Of a stretch of 45,650 nucleotides of DNA, positions 17,326-27,708 are shown one piece after another. The stretch spans positions 1 to 45,650 of the forward strand of contig DATJPI010000013.1 in the NCBI GenBank assembly GCA_035506495.1, in the 5' to 3' direction. Position numbers and translations under genes: made by a program. A model generated the notes under the pieces. The model had not been told where the DNA came from. It saw only the letters and a program-made list of their open reading frames with translations, and did no database searches. This DNA is from Syntrophales bacterium. GTDB taxonomy: Bacteria; Desulfobacterota; Syntrophia; Syntrophales; UBA2192. Numbering within the stretch: position 1 is the first letter of the stretch; each line of letters opens with the position of its first letter.

Positions 17326-17401
17326 AGTAGCTCTTCCCTCTGGCTGTCAGGCTGTTGAACAGCCGGTCAATGGGGTTTCGTCCGGGACCTTCCCTGGCCT
17401 A

Positions 17402-18028
17402 TTACTTGGAGTAAAGCTCGACCACCAGTTGTTCCTGGACGGGCATGGTGATATCCTCCCGCGTCGGGATCGTCTTGACAGAACCCTTGAAGCCGTCCTT
17501 GTCTAATTCCAGCCACCCCGGGATGCCCCTGCGGGCAACTGTCTCCAGGGAGTCGAGAATCGGGACGACCTTCCTGCTCTTTTCTCTCAGTTCGACGACG
17601 TCATCCTTCCGGACATTGTACGAGGGAATGTTGACTTTCCTGCCGTTGATGAGGAAGTGGTTGTGACGCACGAGCTGCCGCGCTTCGTTCCGGGACGGGG
17701 CAAAACCCAGACGGAACACCACGTTGTCGAGTCTCCGCTCCAGGAGCATGAGGAGGTTCGAGCCCGTGATGCCCCTCATGCGGTCGGCCCGCTCGAAGTA
17801 GCCCTTGAACTGCTTTTCGAGCAGTCCGTACATCCTCTTCAGGCGCTGTTTCTCACGAAGCTGAACGCCGTAGTCGGAGTGCTTCTTTCTCGCCTGCCCG
17901 TGCTCGCCGGGCGCATAGCCCCGCCTCTCGAACGCGCACTTTTCGGTGTAGCAGCGGTCACCCTTGAAAAACAGCTTCAGGCCTTCACGACGGCAAAGCC
18001 TGCATTCTGATCCTCTGTAACGTGCCAA
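17402..18028 (-). CDS. rpsD: 30S ribosomal protein S4 (Cys4 zinc-ribbon form)
   Basis: [36 protein letters not shown] carries CxxC...CxxxxC. The product is 208 aa. Confidence 0.97.
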   Translation of the reverse strand: MARYRGSECRLCRREGLKLFFKGDRCYTEKCAFERRGYAPGEHGQARKKHSDYGVQLREKQRLKRMYGLLEKQFKGYFERADRMRGITGSNLLMLLERRLDNVVFRLGFAPSRNEARQLVRHNHFLINGRKVNIPSYNVRKDDVVELREKSRKVVPILDSLETVARRGIPGWLELDKDGFKGSVKTIPTREDITMPVQEQLVVELYSK

Positions 18029-18070
18029 GTTGTTCCTCCCTGTAAATTCTCGTAGGTTTGTCCTAGCGCC

Positions 18071-18463
18071 TTACACGCGCCGTCGCTTGGGCGGACGGCA
18101 ACCATTGTGCGGAATCGGGGTCACATCGCGGATCAGGCTGATGGTGAGACCTGTTGCCTGCAGCGCTCTCAGGGCCGATTCGCGGCCGGACCCCGGACCC
18201 TTCACGTAGACCCGAACCGTGCGCAATCCCTGTTCCTTCGCTTTCTTCACGGCGCTCTCCGCGGCCATCTGGGCCGCAAACGGCGTGCCCTTCCGGGAAC
18301 CCTTGAACCCGGACATGCCAGATGATGCCCAAGAAATCACATTCCCGGTCAGGTCGGTGATGGTGATGATGGTGTTATTGAATGTCGACTGGATGTGGGC
18401 GATCCCCTCGGGGACGTTTTTCTTCTCGCGCTTTTTTCCGGTCTTTCTTCTCGGACTGGCCAT
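18071..18463 (-). CDS. rpsK: 30S ribosomal protein S11
   Basis: [18 protein letters not shown] and the C-terminal [18 protein letters not shown]. Confidence 0.97.
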   Translation of the reverse strand: MASPRRKTGKKREKKNVPEGIAHIQSTFNNTIITITDLTGNVISWASSGMSGFKGSRKGTPFAAQMAAESAVKKAKEQGLRTVRVYVKGPGSGRESALRALQATGLTISLIRDVTPIPHNGCRPPKRRRV

Positions 18464-18491
18464 GAATCCTCCCGGTCATCAATGTACGTGG

Positions 18492-18860
18492 TTACTTTTT
18501 CTTGCCAGCGATCGCCTTGCGGGGTCCCTTGCGGGTCCGGGCGTTGGTGTGAGTTCGCTGGCCACGGCTGGGAAGCCCCTTGCGGTGACGCAGGCCCCTG
18601 TATGTCCCTACGTCCATGAGTCGTTTGATCGACATGGAAATGTCCCGGCGGAGATCTCCCTCCACCTTGTGCTCCTTGTCGATGACATTGCGGATGGCCG
18701 TCACTTCCCCGTCGGTGATCTGGTCCGTCTTCGTCTCGTAAGGAATCCCCGCCTCGCGGAGGATCTCGCGGGACTTGGAGCGGCCGATCCCGTAGATGTA
18801 AGTCAGGGCGATCTCCATGCGCTTGTTCTTCGGTAGGTCAACGCCTGCTATTCTTGCCAC
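18492..18860 (-). CDS. rpsM: 30S ribosomal protein S13
   Basis: [26 protein letters not shown]. Confidence 0.97.
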   Translation of the reverse strand: MARIAGVDLPKNKRMEIALTYIYGIGRSKSREILREAGIPYETKTDQITDGEVTAIRNVIDKEHKVEGDLRRDISMSIKRLMDVGTYRGLRHRKGLPSRGQRTHTNARTRKGPRKAIAGKKK

Positions 18861-18888
18861 TTGTCAGGCCTCCTCGAATGGTCTTTGG

Positions 18889-19002
18889 TTATCCCTGGCG
18901 CTGTTTGTGCTTCGGGTTTTCGCAGATCACCCTGACAACGCCATGGCGCTTAATGATTTTGCACTTGTCGCACATTTTCTTTACCGATGGTCTTACCTTC
19001 AC
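18889..19002 (-). CDS. rpmJ: 50S ribosomal protein L36 (zinc-binding form), GTG start; not in the ORF track
   Basis: My hand translation of the minus strand gives (M)[36 protein letters not shown], followed by a stop. AAAGGGG lies upstream. Confidence 0.9.
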   Translation of the reverse strand: MKVRPSVKKMCDKCKIIKRHGVVRVICENPKHKQRQG

Positions 19003-19046
19003 GACGAATACCCCTTTGATCAATCGGTCCGCAGCCGTTTCGCATT

Positions 19047-19265
19047 CTATTTCGACCGGTACGTGATCCGGCCCCGCGTTAGATCGTACGGCGAAAGCTC
19101 CACCGTCACCTTGTCGCCCGGGAGGATCTTGATGAAATGCATCCTCATTTTTCCCGAGATGTGAGCGAGCACCCGGTGCCCGTTTTCCAACTCCACCCGG
19201 AACATGGCATTTGGCAGCGTTTCGACGACCGTGCCTTCCACCTCGATAGGTTCTTCTTTTGCCAT
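19047..19265 (-). CDS. infA: Translation initiation factor IF-1
   Basis: [41 protein letters not shown]. Confidence 0.97.
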   Translation of the reverse strand: MAKEEPIEVEGTVVETLPNAMFRVELENGHRVLAHISGKMRMHFIKILPGDKVTVELSPYDLTRGRITYRSK

Positions 19266-19278
19266 ACGCTCCCTGCGC

Positions 19279-20028
19279 TCAACCGAGCCTGCTTAGGATG
19301 ACCGGCCCGTTATCTGTAATCGCCACGGAATGTTCGAAATGGGCCGACAGTTTCCCGTCGGCTGTTACCACCGTCCAGCCGTCGCGGAGGACCTCCACCC
19401 GGTAGGTTCCCTCGTTGACCATCGGTTCGATCGCAAAGACCATCCCCGCCTTCAACTCGATCCCCCTTCCGCCCGATCCGTAGTTGGGGACCTGTGGATC
19501 CTCGTGGAGGCTCTTGCCGATCCCGTGCCCTACAAGATCGCGAACCACGGAATAGCCCGCTGCCTCGACATGGAGCTGGATGGCGGCGGAGATGTCGCCG
19601 ATGCGATTCCCCGTCTTGATTTCCGCAATCCCTCTGTAAAGAGCCTCTTCCGTTATCTTCAGCAGTCTCCGCGCCCCCGGGGCGATTTCCCCCACGGGCA
19701 CCGTGACCGCCGCATCTCCATAGTAGCCGTCGTTGAGGATCCCGAAATCCAGGCTGACGATGTCGCCTTCCTTCAGGTCTCTCTCCGAGGGCATCCCATG
19801 CACGACCTCGCTGTTGACGGAGGTGCACAGGGAGTAGGGGTAACCCCGGTATCCCTTGAAGGCGGGCCGGGCCCCTCTTTTCAGGGCCAGATCTTCCGAG
19901 AGCCGGTCCAGTTCGATCGTTTTGACCCCCGGTTTGATCTTCTTCCTGAGTTCCTCCAAGATCGCGGCCACGATGGCGTTGCTCTTTCTCATCTTTTCAA
20001 TCTCCGTATGAGATTTCAAGATGATCAT
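19279..20028 (-). CDS. map: Type I methionyl aminopeptidase
   Basis: The 249-aa product shows the typical pattern of metal ligands (VHG, DIVSLD, GDAAVT, GHGIG, FAIEP, EHSV). Confidence 0.95.
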   Translation of the reverse strand: MIILKSHTEIEKMRKSNAIVAAILEELRKKIKPGVKTIELDRLSEDLALKRGARPAFKGYRGYPYSLCTSVNSEVVHGMPSERDLKEGDIVSLDFGILNDGYYGDAAVTVPVGEIAPGARRLLKITEEALYRGIAEIKTGNRIGDISAAIQLHVEAAGYSVVRDLVGHGIGKSLHEDPQVPNYGSGGRGIELKAGMVFAIEPMVNEGTYRVEVLRDGWTVVTADGKLSAHFEHSVAITDNGPVILSRLG

Positions 20029-20040
20029 GACCGAATCTCC

Positions 20041-21348
20041 TTATCGCCGTTTCGCCAGGCGCCCTTTCTTGAGGAACCCTTCGTATTGCCGTGCCAGCAG
20101 ATGGGTCTCGATCTGTCCCGCCGTATCGAGGGCGACACCCACGATGATCAACAGCGCCGTGCCACCGAAGTAAAAGGGAACGTTGAAGTAGACCATCAGG
20201 ATGCTCGGCAGCACGCAGACGGCGGACACATAAATCGCCCCGCTGAAGGTCAGACGGCTCAGCACGTGATCAATGTATTCGGCCGTCTTCTTCCCCGGCC
20301 GGATGCCCGGCACGAAGCCACCATGCTTCTTCATATTCTCCGCCACGTCCGTCGGGTTGAACACGACGGCCGTGTAGAAAAAGCAGAAGAAGACGATGAA
20401 CCCCACGTAGATCAACTCGTATAAGAAATGTCCCGGTATCAGCGAGTCGGACACCCATTTCATCCACGGGTGCGGGATGAACTGCGCCAGGGTCGCCGGG
20501 AACATGATGATCGATGACGCAAAGATGGGCGGAATAACGCCCGATGTGTTGATCTTGAGCGGCAGGTGCGTCGTCTGCCCGCCGTACATTTTTCTCCCCA
20601 CGATCCGTTTTGCATACTGAACGGGGATGCGACGCTGCCCCGTCTCCATGAACACGATGAAGCCGACAACGGCTACCATGAAGACGGCCAGAAAGATCAC
20701 TGCGATAATCCCCATTTCGCCGGTGGCCACGAGCCGGAAGGTATTGATGACTCCCTCCGGACCCCGGCAGACGATGCCGGCAAAGATGATCAGCGAAATT
20801 CCGTTGCCGATCCCCCGTTCGGTGATCTGCTCGCCCAGCCACATGATGAAGGCCGTGCCAGCCGTGAGCGTGATGACGGTCATCATACGGAAGCCCCAGC
20901 CGGTCGTGATCACGATGGATGCGCCCGTCGGTCCTGCCATGTTCTCCAGGCCCACGGCGATCCCGAAGCCCTGGATCAGCGAGAGAAGCACCGTCCCGTA
21001 GCGGGTGTACTGGGTGATCTTGCGGCGCCCTGCCTCGCCCTCCTTGGAGAGCCTTTCCAGGTGCGGCACGGCGATCGTAAGCAGCTGCAGGATGATGGAG
21101 GCGCTGATGTAGGGCATGATCCCCAGCGCAAAGACCGAGAGGCTCGAGAGCGCCCCTCCCGCAAACAGGTCAAAGAGTCCAAGGAGCGAGCCTTTGGCCT
21201 GATCGAAAAAAGCAGCCAGCGCCGCCGTGTCGATACCGGGCGTGGGCACATGCGCCCCAACCCGATAAACAGCCAGCAAAATGAACGTGAAGGCAATGCG
21301 CTTCTGGAGTTCCGGAATCTTCTGTATGTTTTTGAGTCCGCCGATCAA
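20041..21348 (-). CDS. secY: Preprotein translocase subunit SecY
   Basis: The 435-aa polytopic membrane protein has LLAVYRVGAHVPTPGID and ALGIMPYISASI. Confidence 0.97.
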   Translation of the reverse strand: MIGGLKNIQKIPELQKRIAFTFILLAVYRVGAHVPTPGIDTAALAAFFDQAKGSLLGLFDLFAGGALSSLSVFALGIMPYISASIILQLLTIAVPHLERLSKEGEAGRRKITQYTRYGTVLLSLIQGFGIAVGLENMAGPTGASIVITTGWGFRMMTVITLTAGTAFIMWLGEQITERGIGNGISLIIFAGIVCRGPEGVINTFRLVATGEMGIIAVIFLAVFMVAVVGFIVFMETGQRRIPVQYAKRIVGRKMYGGQTTHLPLKINTSGVIPPIFASSIIMFPATLAQFIPHPWMKWVSDSLIPGHFLYELIYVGFIVFFCFFYTAVVFNPTDVAENMKKHGGFVPGIRPGKKTAEYIDHVLSRLTFSGAIYVSAVCVLPSILMVYFNVPFYFGGTALLIIVGVALDTAGQIETHLLARQYEGFLKKGRLAKRR

Positions 21349-21361
21349 ATCCGATGTCCTC

Positions 21362-21808
21362 TTATGATTCGATGACTTCGACCTTGCCGCCCGCCGCTTC
21401 GATCTTTGCCTTCGCGGCCTCGCTGATGGCGTTCACCCTCACGGTGAGGGCCTTCTCGATCGATCCCTTGGCGAGGATCTTGATCCCGTCACCGGTCTTC
21501 CGGATGACTCCTTCGGCCAGCAGAGCCGCTGCGTCCACCGGGGCATCCCCGGAGAAGCGACGGAGCTGATCCAGGTTGACGATGACAATCTCTTTGCGGA
21601 AGATATTCTTGAAACCTTTTTTGGGAAGCCTGCGCGAAAGCGGCATCTGGCCTCCCTCGTAGCCCGGCCTGGAGTTGTGTCCCGAGCGGGCCTTGAGGCC
21701 CTTGTGTCCCATGGTGGAGGTCCCGCCGTGGCCGGATGCGTCGCCGCGGCCGATTCTTTTTCTTTTTTTCCTCGAACCCTCAGGGGGTCTCAGTTCGCTG
21801 AGCTTCAT
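21362..21808 (-). CDS. rplO: 50S ribosomal protein L15
   Basis: MKLSELRPPEGSRKKRKRIGRG is a canonical start. The track start at 21817 is a GTG that overlaps the rpmD stop. I prefer the ATG at 21806-21808. Confidence 0.93.
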   Translation of the reverse strand: MKLSELRPPEGSRKKRKRIGRGDASGHGGTSTMGHKGLKARSGHNSRPGYEGGQMPLSRRLPKKGFKNIFRKEIVIVNLDQLRRFSGDAPVDAAALLAEGVIRKTGDGIKILAKGSIEKALTVRVNAISEAAKAKIEAAGGKVEVIES

Positions 21809-21813
21809 TGCAT

Positions 21814-22002
21814 TCACCCGTTGATTTCTTCGACGGCAACGAGATGGCTGACCTTGCCGACCATGCCCCGGGTCTCGGGGGTGTCCTTGAGCGTCACGCT
21901 CCGGTTCAACCGGACGAGCCCCATGCCGCGAAGGACCTTGCGCTGCTTCTCCGGCCGCCCGATGTAGCTCTTCACCAGTGTAATTTTCAGTTTCTTTTCC
22001 AC
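21814..22002 (-). CDS. rpmD: 50S ribosomal protein L30 (GTG start)
   Basis: (M)EKKLKITLVKSYIGRPEKQRKVLRGMGLVRLNRSVTLKDTPETRGMV, 62 aa. AAGGGTGAG lies 3 nt upstream of the GTG. The track ORF 21814-22164 over-extends into rpsE. Confidence 0.9.
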   Translation of the reverse strand: MEKKLKITLVKSYIGRPEKQRKVLRGMGLVRLNRSVTLKDTPETRGMVGKVSHLVAVEEING

Positions 22003-22024
22003 TGTCTCACCCTTTGAGGATTGT

Positions 22025-22534
22025 CTAAATATCGGCCACGTCTTTGCCCCGCAGGGACGCAATTTGGCCGGCCGTCCGAAGCCTGCGGAGTCCGTTGAGG
22101 GTTGCCTTGACGAGGTTATGGGGGTTGTGAGACCCCAGGCACTTCGTGAGCACGTTCTGCACACCGGCCACCTCTAGCACAGCGCGAACGGCGCCGCCCG
22201 CGATGAGACCCGTTCCCGCCGAGGCGGGTTTCAGGAGCACCCGGCCCGCTCCGTATTCCCCAACGATCTCGTGGGGAATCGTGCGATTGCCGCCGATGGA
22301 GACCTTGGTCATGCTTTTGCGGGCCTTCTCCATCCCCTTGCGGATGGCCTCGGGGACCTCGTTGGCCTTGCCCAGACCGGCGCCGACGGAACCTTTGCCG
22401 TCACCGACGACCACGATGGCGCTGAACCGGAATCGCCGGCCGCCCTTCACGACCTTGGCCGTGCGGTTGATGGCCACAACGCGGTCCAGAATCTCCGTTT
22501 CTTCCACCATGAATTCTTTTCTGTCTCGATCCAA
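22025..22534 (-). CDS. rpsE: 30S ribosomal protein S5
   Basis: [39 protein letters not shown]. Confidence 0.97.
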   Translation of the reverse strand: MDRDRKEFMVEETEILDRVVAINRTAKVVKGGRRFRFSAIVVVGDGKGSVGAGLGKANEVPEAIRKGMEKARKSMTKVSIGGNRTIPHEIVGEYGAGRVLLKPASAGTGLIAGGAVRAVLEVAGVQNVLTKCLGSHNPHNLVKATLNGLRRLRTAGQIASLRGKDVADI

Positions 22535-22564
22535 AGGTCACTCCCTCTTGTGCATTTTCAATGT

Positions 22565-22936
22565 CTAAAATTTCAGGCCTGCTTCCCTTGCGCCGTCGGC
22601 CAGAGCCTTGACCCGGCCATGATAAAGGAATGGACCGCGGTCGTAGACCACCGTGTCGATCTTCATGGCCAGAAGCTTCTTCGCCATGAGCTTGCCTACC
22701 TCGGCGGCGGCAGCCGTCTTCTTCATCTTTACGATCACCTCGGCGATCTCCTTGCTGCGCGTGGAGGCTTCGGCCATCGTGTGGCCCTGCACGTCGTCGA
22801 CGGCCTGGACGTTGATATGCCGGGCACTGCGGAACACGGCGAGACGAGGACGTGCGGCCGTGCCGGAAACCCTGCCCCGGACACGCTTCTTGCGCTTATC
22901 CCTGACTTTCTGGATTTTCTTCGCTGACGACAACAA
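22565..22936 (-). CDS. rplR: 50S ribosomal protein L18
   Basis: [20 protein letters not shown] and [26 protein letters not shown]. Confidence 0.97.
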   Translation of the reverse strand: MLSSAKKIQKVRDKRKKRVRGRVSGTAARPRLAVFRSARHINVQAVDDVQGHTMAEASTRSKEIAEVIVKMKKTAAAAEVGKLMAKKLLAMKIDTVVYDRGPFLYHGRVKALADGAREAGLKF

Positions 22937-22981
22937 TGTTCTGCCCCTCTTTGAAATAATAGGATGATGAGCCGCGACGCG

Positions 22982-23521
22982 TTATGCGCCTGCGGACTTG
23001 CCGACCTTGCGACGCACGACCTCGCCTGCGTAGCGGATTCCCTTGCCCTTGTAGGGCTCGGGTTTGCGCTTGGCCCGGATCTCTGCAGCCACCCGCCCTA
23101 CCAGCTCTTTGTCGATGCCGGAAACGGCGAGGTTCGTCTGTTTCTCGATTTTCACGGAGATCCCCTCCGGAACCTCGTAGATGCGCGGTACCGAGTACCC
23201 CACAAAGAGCTTGAGCGTCGTGCCCGCAAGCTCCGCACGGAAGCCCACACCGGAGATCTCGAGGCCTTTCGTGAAGCCTGTACTCACCCCCGTGACCATG
23301 TTGGCGATAAGAGTCCGAGCAAGGCCGTGCAGGGCTCCGGCCCGCCGGCCGTCGTGGGTGGTCCGGATGCTGAGGGTCTTGCCCTCCTGGACGACCTCGA
23401 TGTCCCGGGGCAATGCCCTCGAGAGATTCCCCTTGGGTCCCGAGACCACGATCTCGCCGCCGGCGACGCGGACCGTCACCTTGTCCGGCAGGAGGATGAT
23501 TTTTTTTCCGATTCGTGACAT
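22982..23521 (-). CDS. rplF: 50S ribosomal protein L6
   Basis: MSRIGKKIILLPDKVTVRVAGGEIVVSGPKG and EPYKGKGIRYAGE. Confidence 0.97.
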   Translation of the reverse strand: MSRIGKKIILLPDKVTVRVAGGEIVVSGPKGNLSRALPRDIEVVQEGKTLSIRTTHDGRRAGALHGLARTLIANMVTGVSTGFTKGLEISGVGFRAELAGTTLKLFVGYSVPRIYEVPEGISVKIEKQTNLAVSGIDKELVGRVAAEIRAKRKPEPYKGKGIRYAGEVVRRKVGKSAGA

Positions 23522-23543
23522 GGTTGTGTCTCCTGACTAGGGC

Positions 23544-23945
23544 TTACCAGACATTGCAGATGATCTCGCCGCCCACGTTCTGAAGCCTGGCTTCCTTGTC
23601 CGTCATGATCCCCCGTGGCGTCGACACGATGGCCACCCCGAAACCGTTGAACACCTTGGGGATCTTCTTGCTAGAAACGTAGATCCGCCGGCCCGGCTTG
23701 CTCACCCTCTGAAGGTCCTGGATGATTCGCTCCTTGGTGTCCGTGTACTTGAGGTAGATCTTGAGGATATCCTTTTTGTTCTGGTCCTTTTTCACGTCGA
23801 ATCCGCTGATGTAGCCGGTCCGCTTCAGGACCTTCACGATCTCCAGATTCACCCTCGAGAGTTGGGCATTCACGCTCCGGAACTTCATCCGGTTGGCGTT
23901 ACGGATTCTCGTCATCATATCCGCAATCGGATCGGTCATTCCCAT
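23544..23945 (-). CDS. rpsH: 30S ribosomal protein S8
   Basis: MTDPIADMMTRIRNA and the C-terminal GGEIICNVW. Confidence 0.97.
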   Translation of the reverse strand: MGMTDPIADMMTRIRNANRMKFRSVNAQLSRVNLEIVKVLKRTGYISGFDVKKDQNKKDILKIYLKYTDTKERIIQDLQRVSKPGRRIYVSSKKIPKVFNGFGVAIVSTPRGIMTDKEARLQNVGGEIICNVW

Positions 23946-23964
23946 AAAAACATCTCCTCGCTGT

Positions 23965-24150
23965 CTACCAGCTCGACTTGATCACACCCGGGATTTCTCC
24001 CCATGAAGCGTACTTGCGCAGACAGATGCGGCACATGTTGAACTTGCGGTAGTACGCTCGGGGTCTGCCACAGATCGGGCAGCGATTGTAGTCTCGGACG
24101 GCGAATTTCTTCGGCCGCTTCGCTTTTGCAATCAAGGATTTCTTTGCCAA
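23965..24150 (-). CDS. rpsN: 30S ribosomal protein S14, type Z (zinc-binding, 61 aa)
   Basis: [23 protein letters not shown] carries CxxC...CxxC. Confidence 0.97.
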   Translation of the reverse strand: MAKKSLIAKAKRPKKFAVRDYNRCPICGRPRAYYRKFNMCRICLRKYASWGEIPGVIKSSW

Positions 24151-24172
24151 AATGTTCCTCCGTTATTGAATC

Positions 24173-24712
24173 CTAGTTCCTAAAGGGCATCCCCATGAGC
24201 CGGAGAAGATGCCGGGCTTCCTCGTCGGTTCTGGCCGTCGTGACGATGACCACATTCATACCCTTGACCTTGTCGATCTTATCGTAGTCGATCTCGGGGA
24301 AGATGAACTGCTCCTTGATCCCCATGGCGAAATTGCCGCGGCCGTCAAAGGAGCTGGGTGAAATGCCCCGGAAGTCACGGATTCGGGGAAGCGCCACGTT
24401 CACCAGCCGGTCGAAGAACTCGTACATGCGCTCCTTGCGAAGGGTGACCATGGAACCGATGGACATGCCCTTGCGCAGCTTGAAGGTGGCGATCGACTTG
24501 CGGGCCTTCGTGATAACGGCTTTTTGGCCCGTGAGAGCCCCGATCTCCGCGGAGGCGCTCTCGAGAATCTTGACGTTCTGGATGGCCTCGCCCAGGCCCA
24601 TGTTCACGATGATCTTCTCCAGCCGGGGCACCTGCATGACGCTTGTGTACCCGAACTGTTTCATCATCGCCGGGACGACTTCGCTTTTGTAGTATTCTTT
24701 CAGTCTTGCCAT
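24173..24712 (-). CDS. rplE: 50S ribosomal protein L5
   Basis: [39 protein letters not shown]. Confidence 0.97.
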   Translation of the reverse strand: MARLKEYYKSEVVPAMMKQFGYTSVMQVPRLEKIIVNMGLGEAIQNVKILESASAEIGALTGQKAVITKARKSIATFKLRKGMSIGSMVTLRKERMYEFFDRLVNVALPRIRDFRGISPSSFDGRGNFAMGIKEQFIFPEIDYDKIDKVKGMNVVIVTTARTDEEARHLLRLMGMPFRN

Positions 24713-24728
24713 GGTTCTCTATCCCCGG

Positions 24729-25049
24729 TTACTGGTCGAATTGCTCGTTGCATTTTCTGCAGAAGCGGACCTTCTTGCCGTCCTCGAGGGTCTTAAACCC
24801 GATGCGGACGCCGGTGTTGCACTTCGCGCAAACAAGAAGGGCGTTGGAAGCATCCAGCGGGGCCTCCTTCTCCATGATCCCTCCCTTGCTCTTCTGGTCG
24901 GGCCTCTGGTGCCGCTTGATCATATTGAGCTTCTCGATGACGACTCGCTTCCCGTCGGAAAGGATCTTCGTGACCTTGCCGGTCTTGCCCTTTTCCCTGC
25001 CGGCGATAATCTTGACCGTGTCGCCTTTTTTCAGTCGGTTTGTCTGCAT
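24729..25049 (-). CDS. rplX: 50S ribosomal protein L24 with C-terminal CxxC...CxxC
   Basis: LKKGDTVKIIAGREKGKTGKV is the KOW motif. The C-terminus reads LVCAKCNTGVRIGFKTLEDGKKVRFCRKCNEQFDQ. Confidence 0.95.
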   Translation of the reverse strand: MQTNRLKKGDTVKIIAGREKGKTGKVTKILSDGKRVVIEKLNMIKRHQRPDQKSKGGIMEKEAPLDASNALLVCAKCNTGVRIGFKTLEDGKKVRFCRKCNEQFDQ

Positions 25050-25072
25050 GGTCGTTTCCTATTCCCTGCGGC

Positions 25073-25441
25073 TCACAGGACTTCCGGAGCCAGCGAGATG
25101 ATCTTCATAAACTGCTTGGCGCGGAGCTCGCGGGCCACGGGCCCGAAGATGCGCGTCCCCACAGGCTCCATCTGGTTGTTGATGAGTACCGCCGAGTTGT
25201 CATCGAATTTCAAAAACGTTCCATCGGGCCGCCGGACCTCTTTCTTCGTCCGCACGATCACAGCCTTCATGACGTCGCCCTTCTTCACCTTCGCGTTGGG
25301 AATGGCCTCCTTGACGGAAACCACGATGACATCCCCGACAGTGGCAAACCGCTTCCGCGATCCTCCCAGCACGCCGATGCAGGACACCTTCTTCGCGCCC
25401 GAGTTATCTGCGGCATTCAAAATGGTTCGCATCTGAATCAT
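25073..25441 (-). CDS. rplN: 50S ribosomal protein L14
   Basis: [18 protein letters not shown]. Confidence 0.97.
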   Translation of the reverse strand: MIQMRTILNAADNSGAKKVSCIGVLGGSRKRFATVGDVIVVSVKEAIPNAKVKKGDVMKAVIVRTKKEVRRPDGTFLKFDDNSAVLINNQMEPVGTRIFGPVARELRAKQFMKIISLAPEVL

Positions 25442-25482
25442 ATCGATACCCCGTTTCTACCCTGCCTGTTTGCGATCCCGGG

Positions 25483-25740
25483 CTACTTCGCCTTCTCCAG
25501 GATCTCGCGCACCCTCCAGCGCTTATCCCGGCTCAGAGGACGGGACTCCACGATCATGACCGTGTCACCGACGCCACACTCGTTGCGCTCGTCATGGGCC
25601 TTGTATTTCTCGTGTTTGCGCACATACTTCTGAAAGCCCGTGTGCTTGACGAGCCGCTCGGTTTTCACGACGATGGTCTTGTCCATCTTGCTGCTGACGA
25701 CGACTCCCTTGATGGTCCGCTTGTTGCCCCTCTCGTCCAT
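25483..25740 (-). CDS. rpsQ: 30S ribosomal protein S17
   Basis: [25 protein letters not shown] and [21 protein letters not shown]. Confidence 0.97.
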   Translation of the reverse strand: MDERGNKRTIKGVVVSSKMDKTIVVKTERLVKHTGFQKYVRKHEKYKAHDERNECGVGDTVMIVESRPLSRDKRWRVREILEKAK

Positions 25741-25742
25741 AC

Positions 25743-25937
25743 CTATTTCTGCAGCTCCTTCCGCTTCATAACGGTTTTGATGCGGGCGATGTCCCTGCGG
25801 ACATTCTTCAGCGCCGCCGGGGAGTCCAGTTGCCCCGTCGTGTGCCGGATTTTCAACTTGAAGAGCTCGTCAGCCAGGTCCCGTTCCTTCACCCGGAGCT
25901 CGTCGATGCTGAGATCCCTCATTTCCTTAATCTTCAT
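25743..25937 (-). CDS. rpmC: 50S ribosomal protein L29
   Basis: [37 protein letters not shown]. It overlaps the end of rplP by 11 nt. Confidence 0.95.
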   Translation of the reverse strand: MKIKEMRDLSIDELRVKERDLADELFKLKIRHTTGQLDSPAALKNVRRDIARIKTVMKRKELQK

Positions 25938-26349
25938 CGAAGATATCCCTCGTCAAGAATTTCGTCGGAATGGGCAGCTTGTTCGCCGCCAGCCGGAAGG
26001 CTTCCTTCGCCACGTCCTGGGTCACGCCTTCCATTTCGTACATCACGGTTCCGGGTTTCACGATCGCGATCCACCCTTCCGGGGGACCCTTTCCCTTTCC
26101 CATACGGGTTTCGGCGGGCTTTTTCGTAAAGGATTTATGGGGGAAGATCCGGATCCAGATTTTGCCTCCGCGCTTGATGTGACGTGTCATGGCGACACGG
26201 GCAGCTTCAATCTGCTGGGCCGTGATCCGTCCCGGCGCAAGAGCCTGGAGCCCGTACTGGCCGAACGAGACCTCGTTGCCTTTGGTGGCCTTACCGCCCA
26301 GATTCCCCTTCTGGATCTTTCTGTACTTGATTCGTTTCGGGCTTAACAT
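25927..26349 (-). CDS. rplP: 50S ribosomal protein L16
   Basis: [15 protein letters not shown] and RMGKGKG. Confidence 0.97.
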   Translation of the reverse strand: MLSPKRIKYRKIQKGNLGGKATKGNEVSFGQYGLQALAPGRITAQQIEAARVAMTRHIKRGGKIWIRIFPHKSFTKKPAETRMGKGKGPPEGWIAIVKPGTVMYEMEGVTQDVAKEAFRLAANKLPIPTKFLTRDIFDED

Positions 26350-26383
26350 CGTCTATCTCTCCTCGTAACCTGTCCCCGCCGTC

Positions 26384-27031
26384 CTAGGCACCGACCTGTT
26401 TTTTGTCAGGCAGCACGTCCCCATGATAGATGAGCACCTTGACTCCGATGGCCCCATAGGTCGTCCGTGCCTCGGCAAAGCCGTAATCGATGTCGGCCCG
26501 AAGGGTGTGCAGGGGCACCTTGCCCTCGCGGTACCACTCCGTCCGAGACATCTCTGCGCCGCCGAGACGGCCCGAGCAGGTAATGCGGATGCCCTTCGCG
26601 CCGAACTTCAGGGCGGAGGTGACGCTTTTCTTCATGGCCCGCCGGAACGCGATCCTGCGCTCGAGCTGAAGGGCCACGTTCTCGGCCACGAGTTGAGCAT
26701 CGATTTCAGGCTTGCGGACTTCCATAATATTGATAATCGTCTCCCCGCCTGTCATCCCGTCGAGTTCCTTCTTGAGCTTCTCGATCTCGGATCCCTTCTT
26801 GCCAATGATGATGCCGGGGCGGGCGGCATGGATGTTCACCTTTGCCTTGTCGGCGGCCCGCTCGATCTCAATCTTCGAGATGCCCGCGTGGTAGAATTTC
26901 TTCTTCAGGAACTTTCGGAGCTTGATGTCCTGGTGGACGAGATCACCGTATTTCTTCTCGGCGAACCACTTCGAGCTCCAGCTCTTGTTGATCCCTAGCC
27001 TCAATCCGATCGGGTTTACCTTCTGACCCAA
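26384..27031 (-). CDS. rpsC: 30S ribosomal protein S3 (TTG start)
   Basis: (M)[17 protein letters not shown] is a canonical S3 start. AAGGAGGA lies 8 nt upstream of the TTG at 27029-27031. The track start at 27070 would overlap rplV by 20 nt. Confidence 0.93.
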   Translation of the reverse strand: MGQKVNPIGLRLGINKSWSSKWFAEKKYGDLVHQDIKLRKFLKKKFYHAGISKIEIERAADKAKVNIHAARPGIIIGKKGSEIEKLKKELDGMTGGETIINIMEVRKPEIDAQLVAENVALQLERRIAFRRAMKKSVTSALKFGAKGIRITCSGRLGGAEMSRTEWYREGKVPLHTLRADIDYGFAEARTTYGAIGVKVLIYHGDVLPDKKQVGA

Positions 27032-27050
27032 GATGAAATCCTCCTTCGTG

Positions 27051-27383
27051 TTACTGCTCGTCGAGAACAACGGTGATGTGGCTCATTCGGCGCTTGATGG
27101 GGGACACGCGTCCCATCGTCTTGGCCCTGTGACGCTTCATCGCTGGCCCCTGGTTGATGAAGATCTCTTTCACATAGAGAATCTTCTCATCGATATTCGG
27201 GTTCTGTGTCGCATTGGCCAAGGCGCTCTTGAGCACCTTCTTGACAAGCCCGGCGGCCCGCTTGCGCGAAAATGCCAGAATCCGGTCGGCCTCCTCGACC
27301 TTCATGCCCCGGACCAGATCGACGACAAGCCTCGCCTTCTGCGGCGATATCCTCACAAATCGTGCAACTGCTTTTGCTTCCAT
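27051..27383 (-). CDS. rplV: 50S ribosomal protein L22
   Basis: [26 protein letters not shown]. Confidence 0.97.
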   Translation of the reverse strand: MEAKAVARFVRISPQKARLVVDLVRGMKVEEADRILAFSRKRAAGLVKKVLKSALANATQNPNIDEKILYVKEIFINQGPAMKRHRAKTMGRVSPIKRRMSHITVVLDEQ

Positions 27384-27426
27384 GACGTACCTATCTCCGG
27401 TTTTCCGGTTTCATCGCCTGCGGCAG

Positions 27427-27708
27427 CTACTTGCGAATCTTGGTCTTGCGGTCGCCGGCGTGGCTGAAGAAGGTCCGGGTCGGCGCGAACTCCCCGAGCT
27501 TGTGACCCACCATGTTTTCGGTGACGAACACGGGGATAAACTTTTTGCCGTTATGCACGGCAAAGGTGTGCCCGATGAACTCCGGGGTCACGGTCGAACG
27601 GCGCGACCAGGTCTTGATCACCCCCCGGTCCCCTCCCGCATCGGCTCTCCGGATCTTTTCTTCAAGCTTCGCCTCGACGTACGGGCCTTTCTTGACTGAG
27701 CGTGCCAC
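27427..27708 (-). CDS. rpsS: 30S ribosomal protein S19 (GTG start)
   Basis: (M)[10 protein letters not shown] and [34 protein letters not shown]. Confidence 0.97.
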   Translation of the reverse strand: MARSVKKGPYVEAKLEEKIRRADAGGDRGVIKTWSRRSTVTPEFIGHTFAVHNGKKFIPVFVTENMVGHKLGEFAPTRTFFSHAGDRKTKIRK

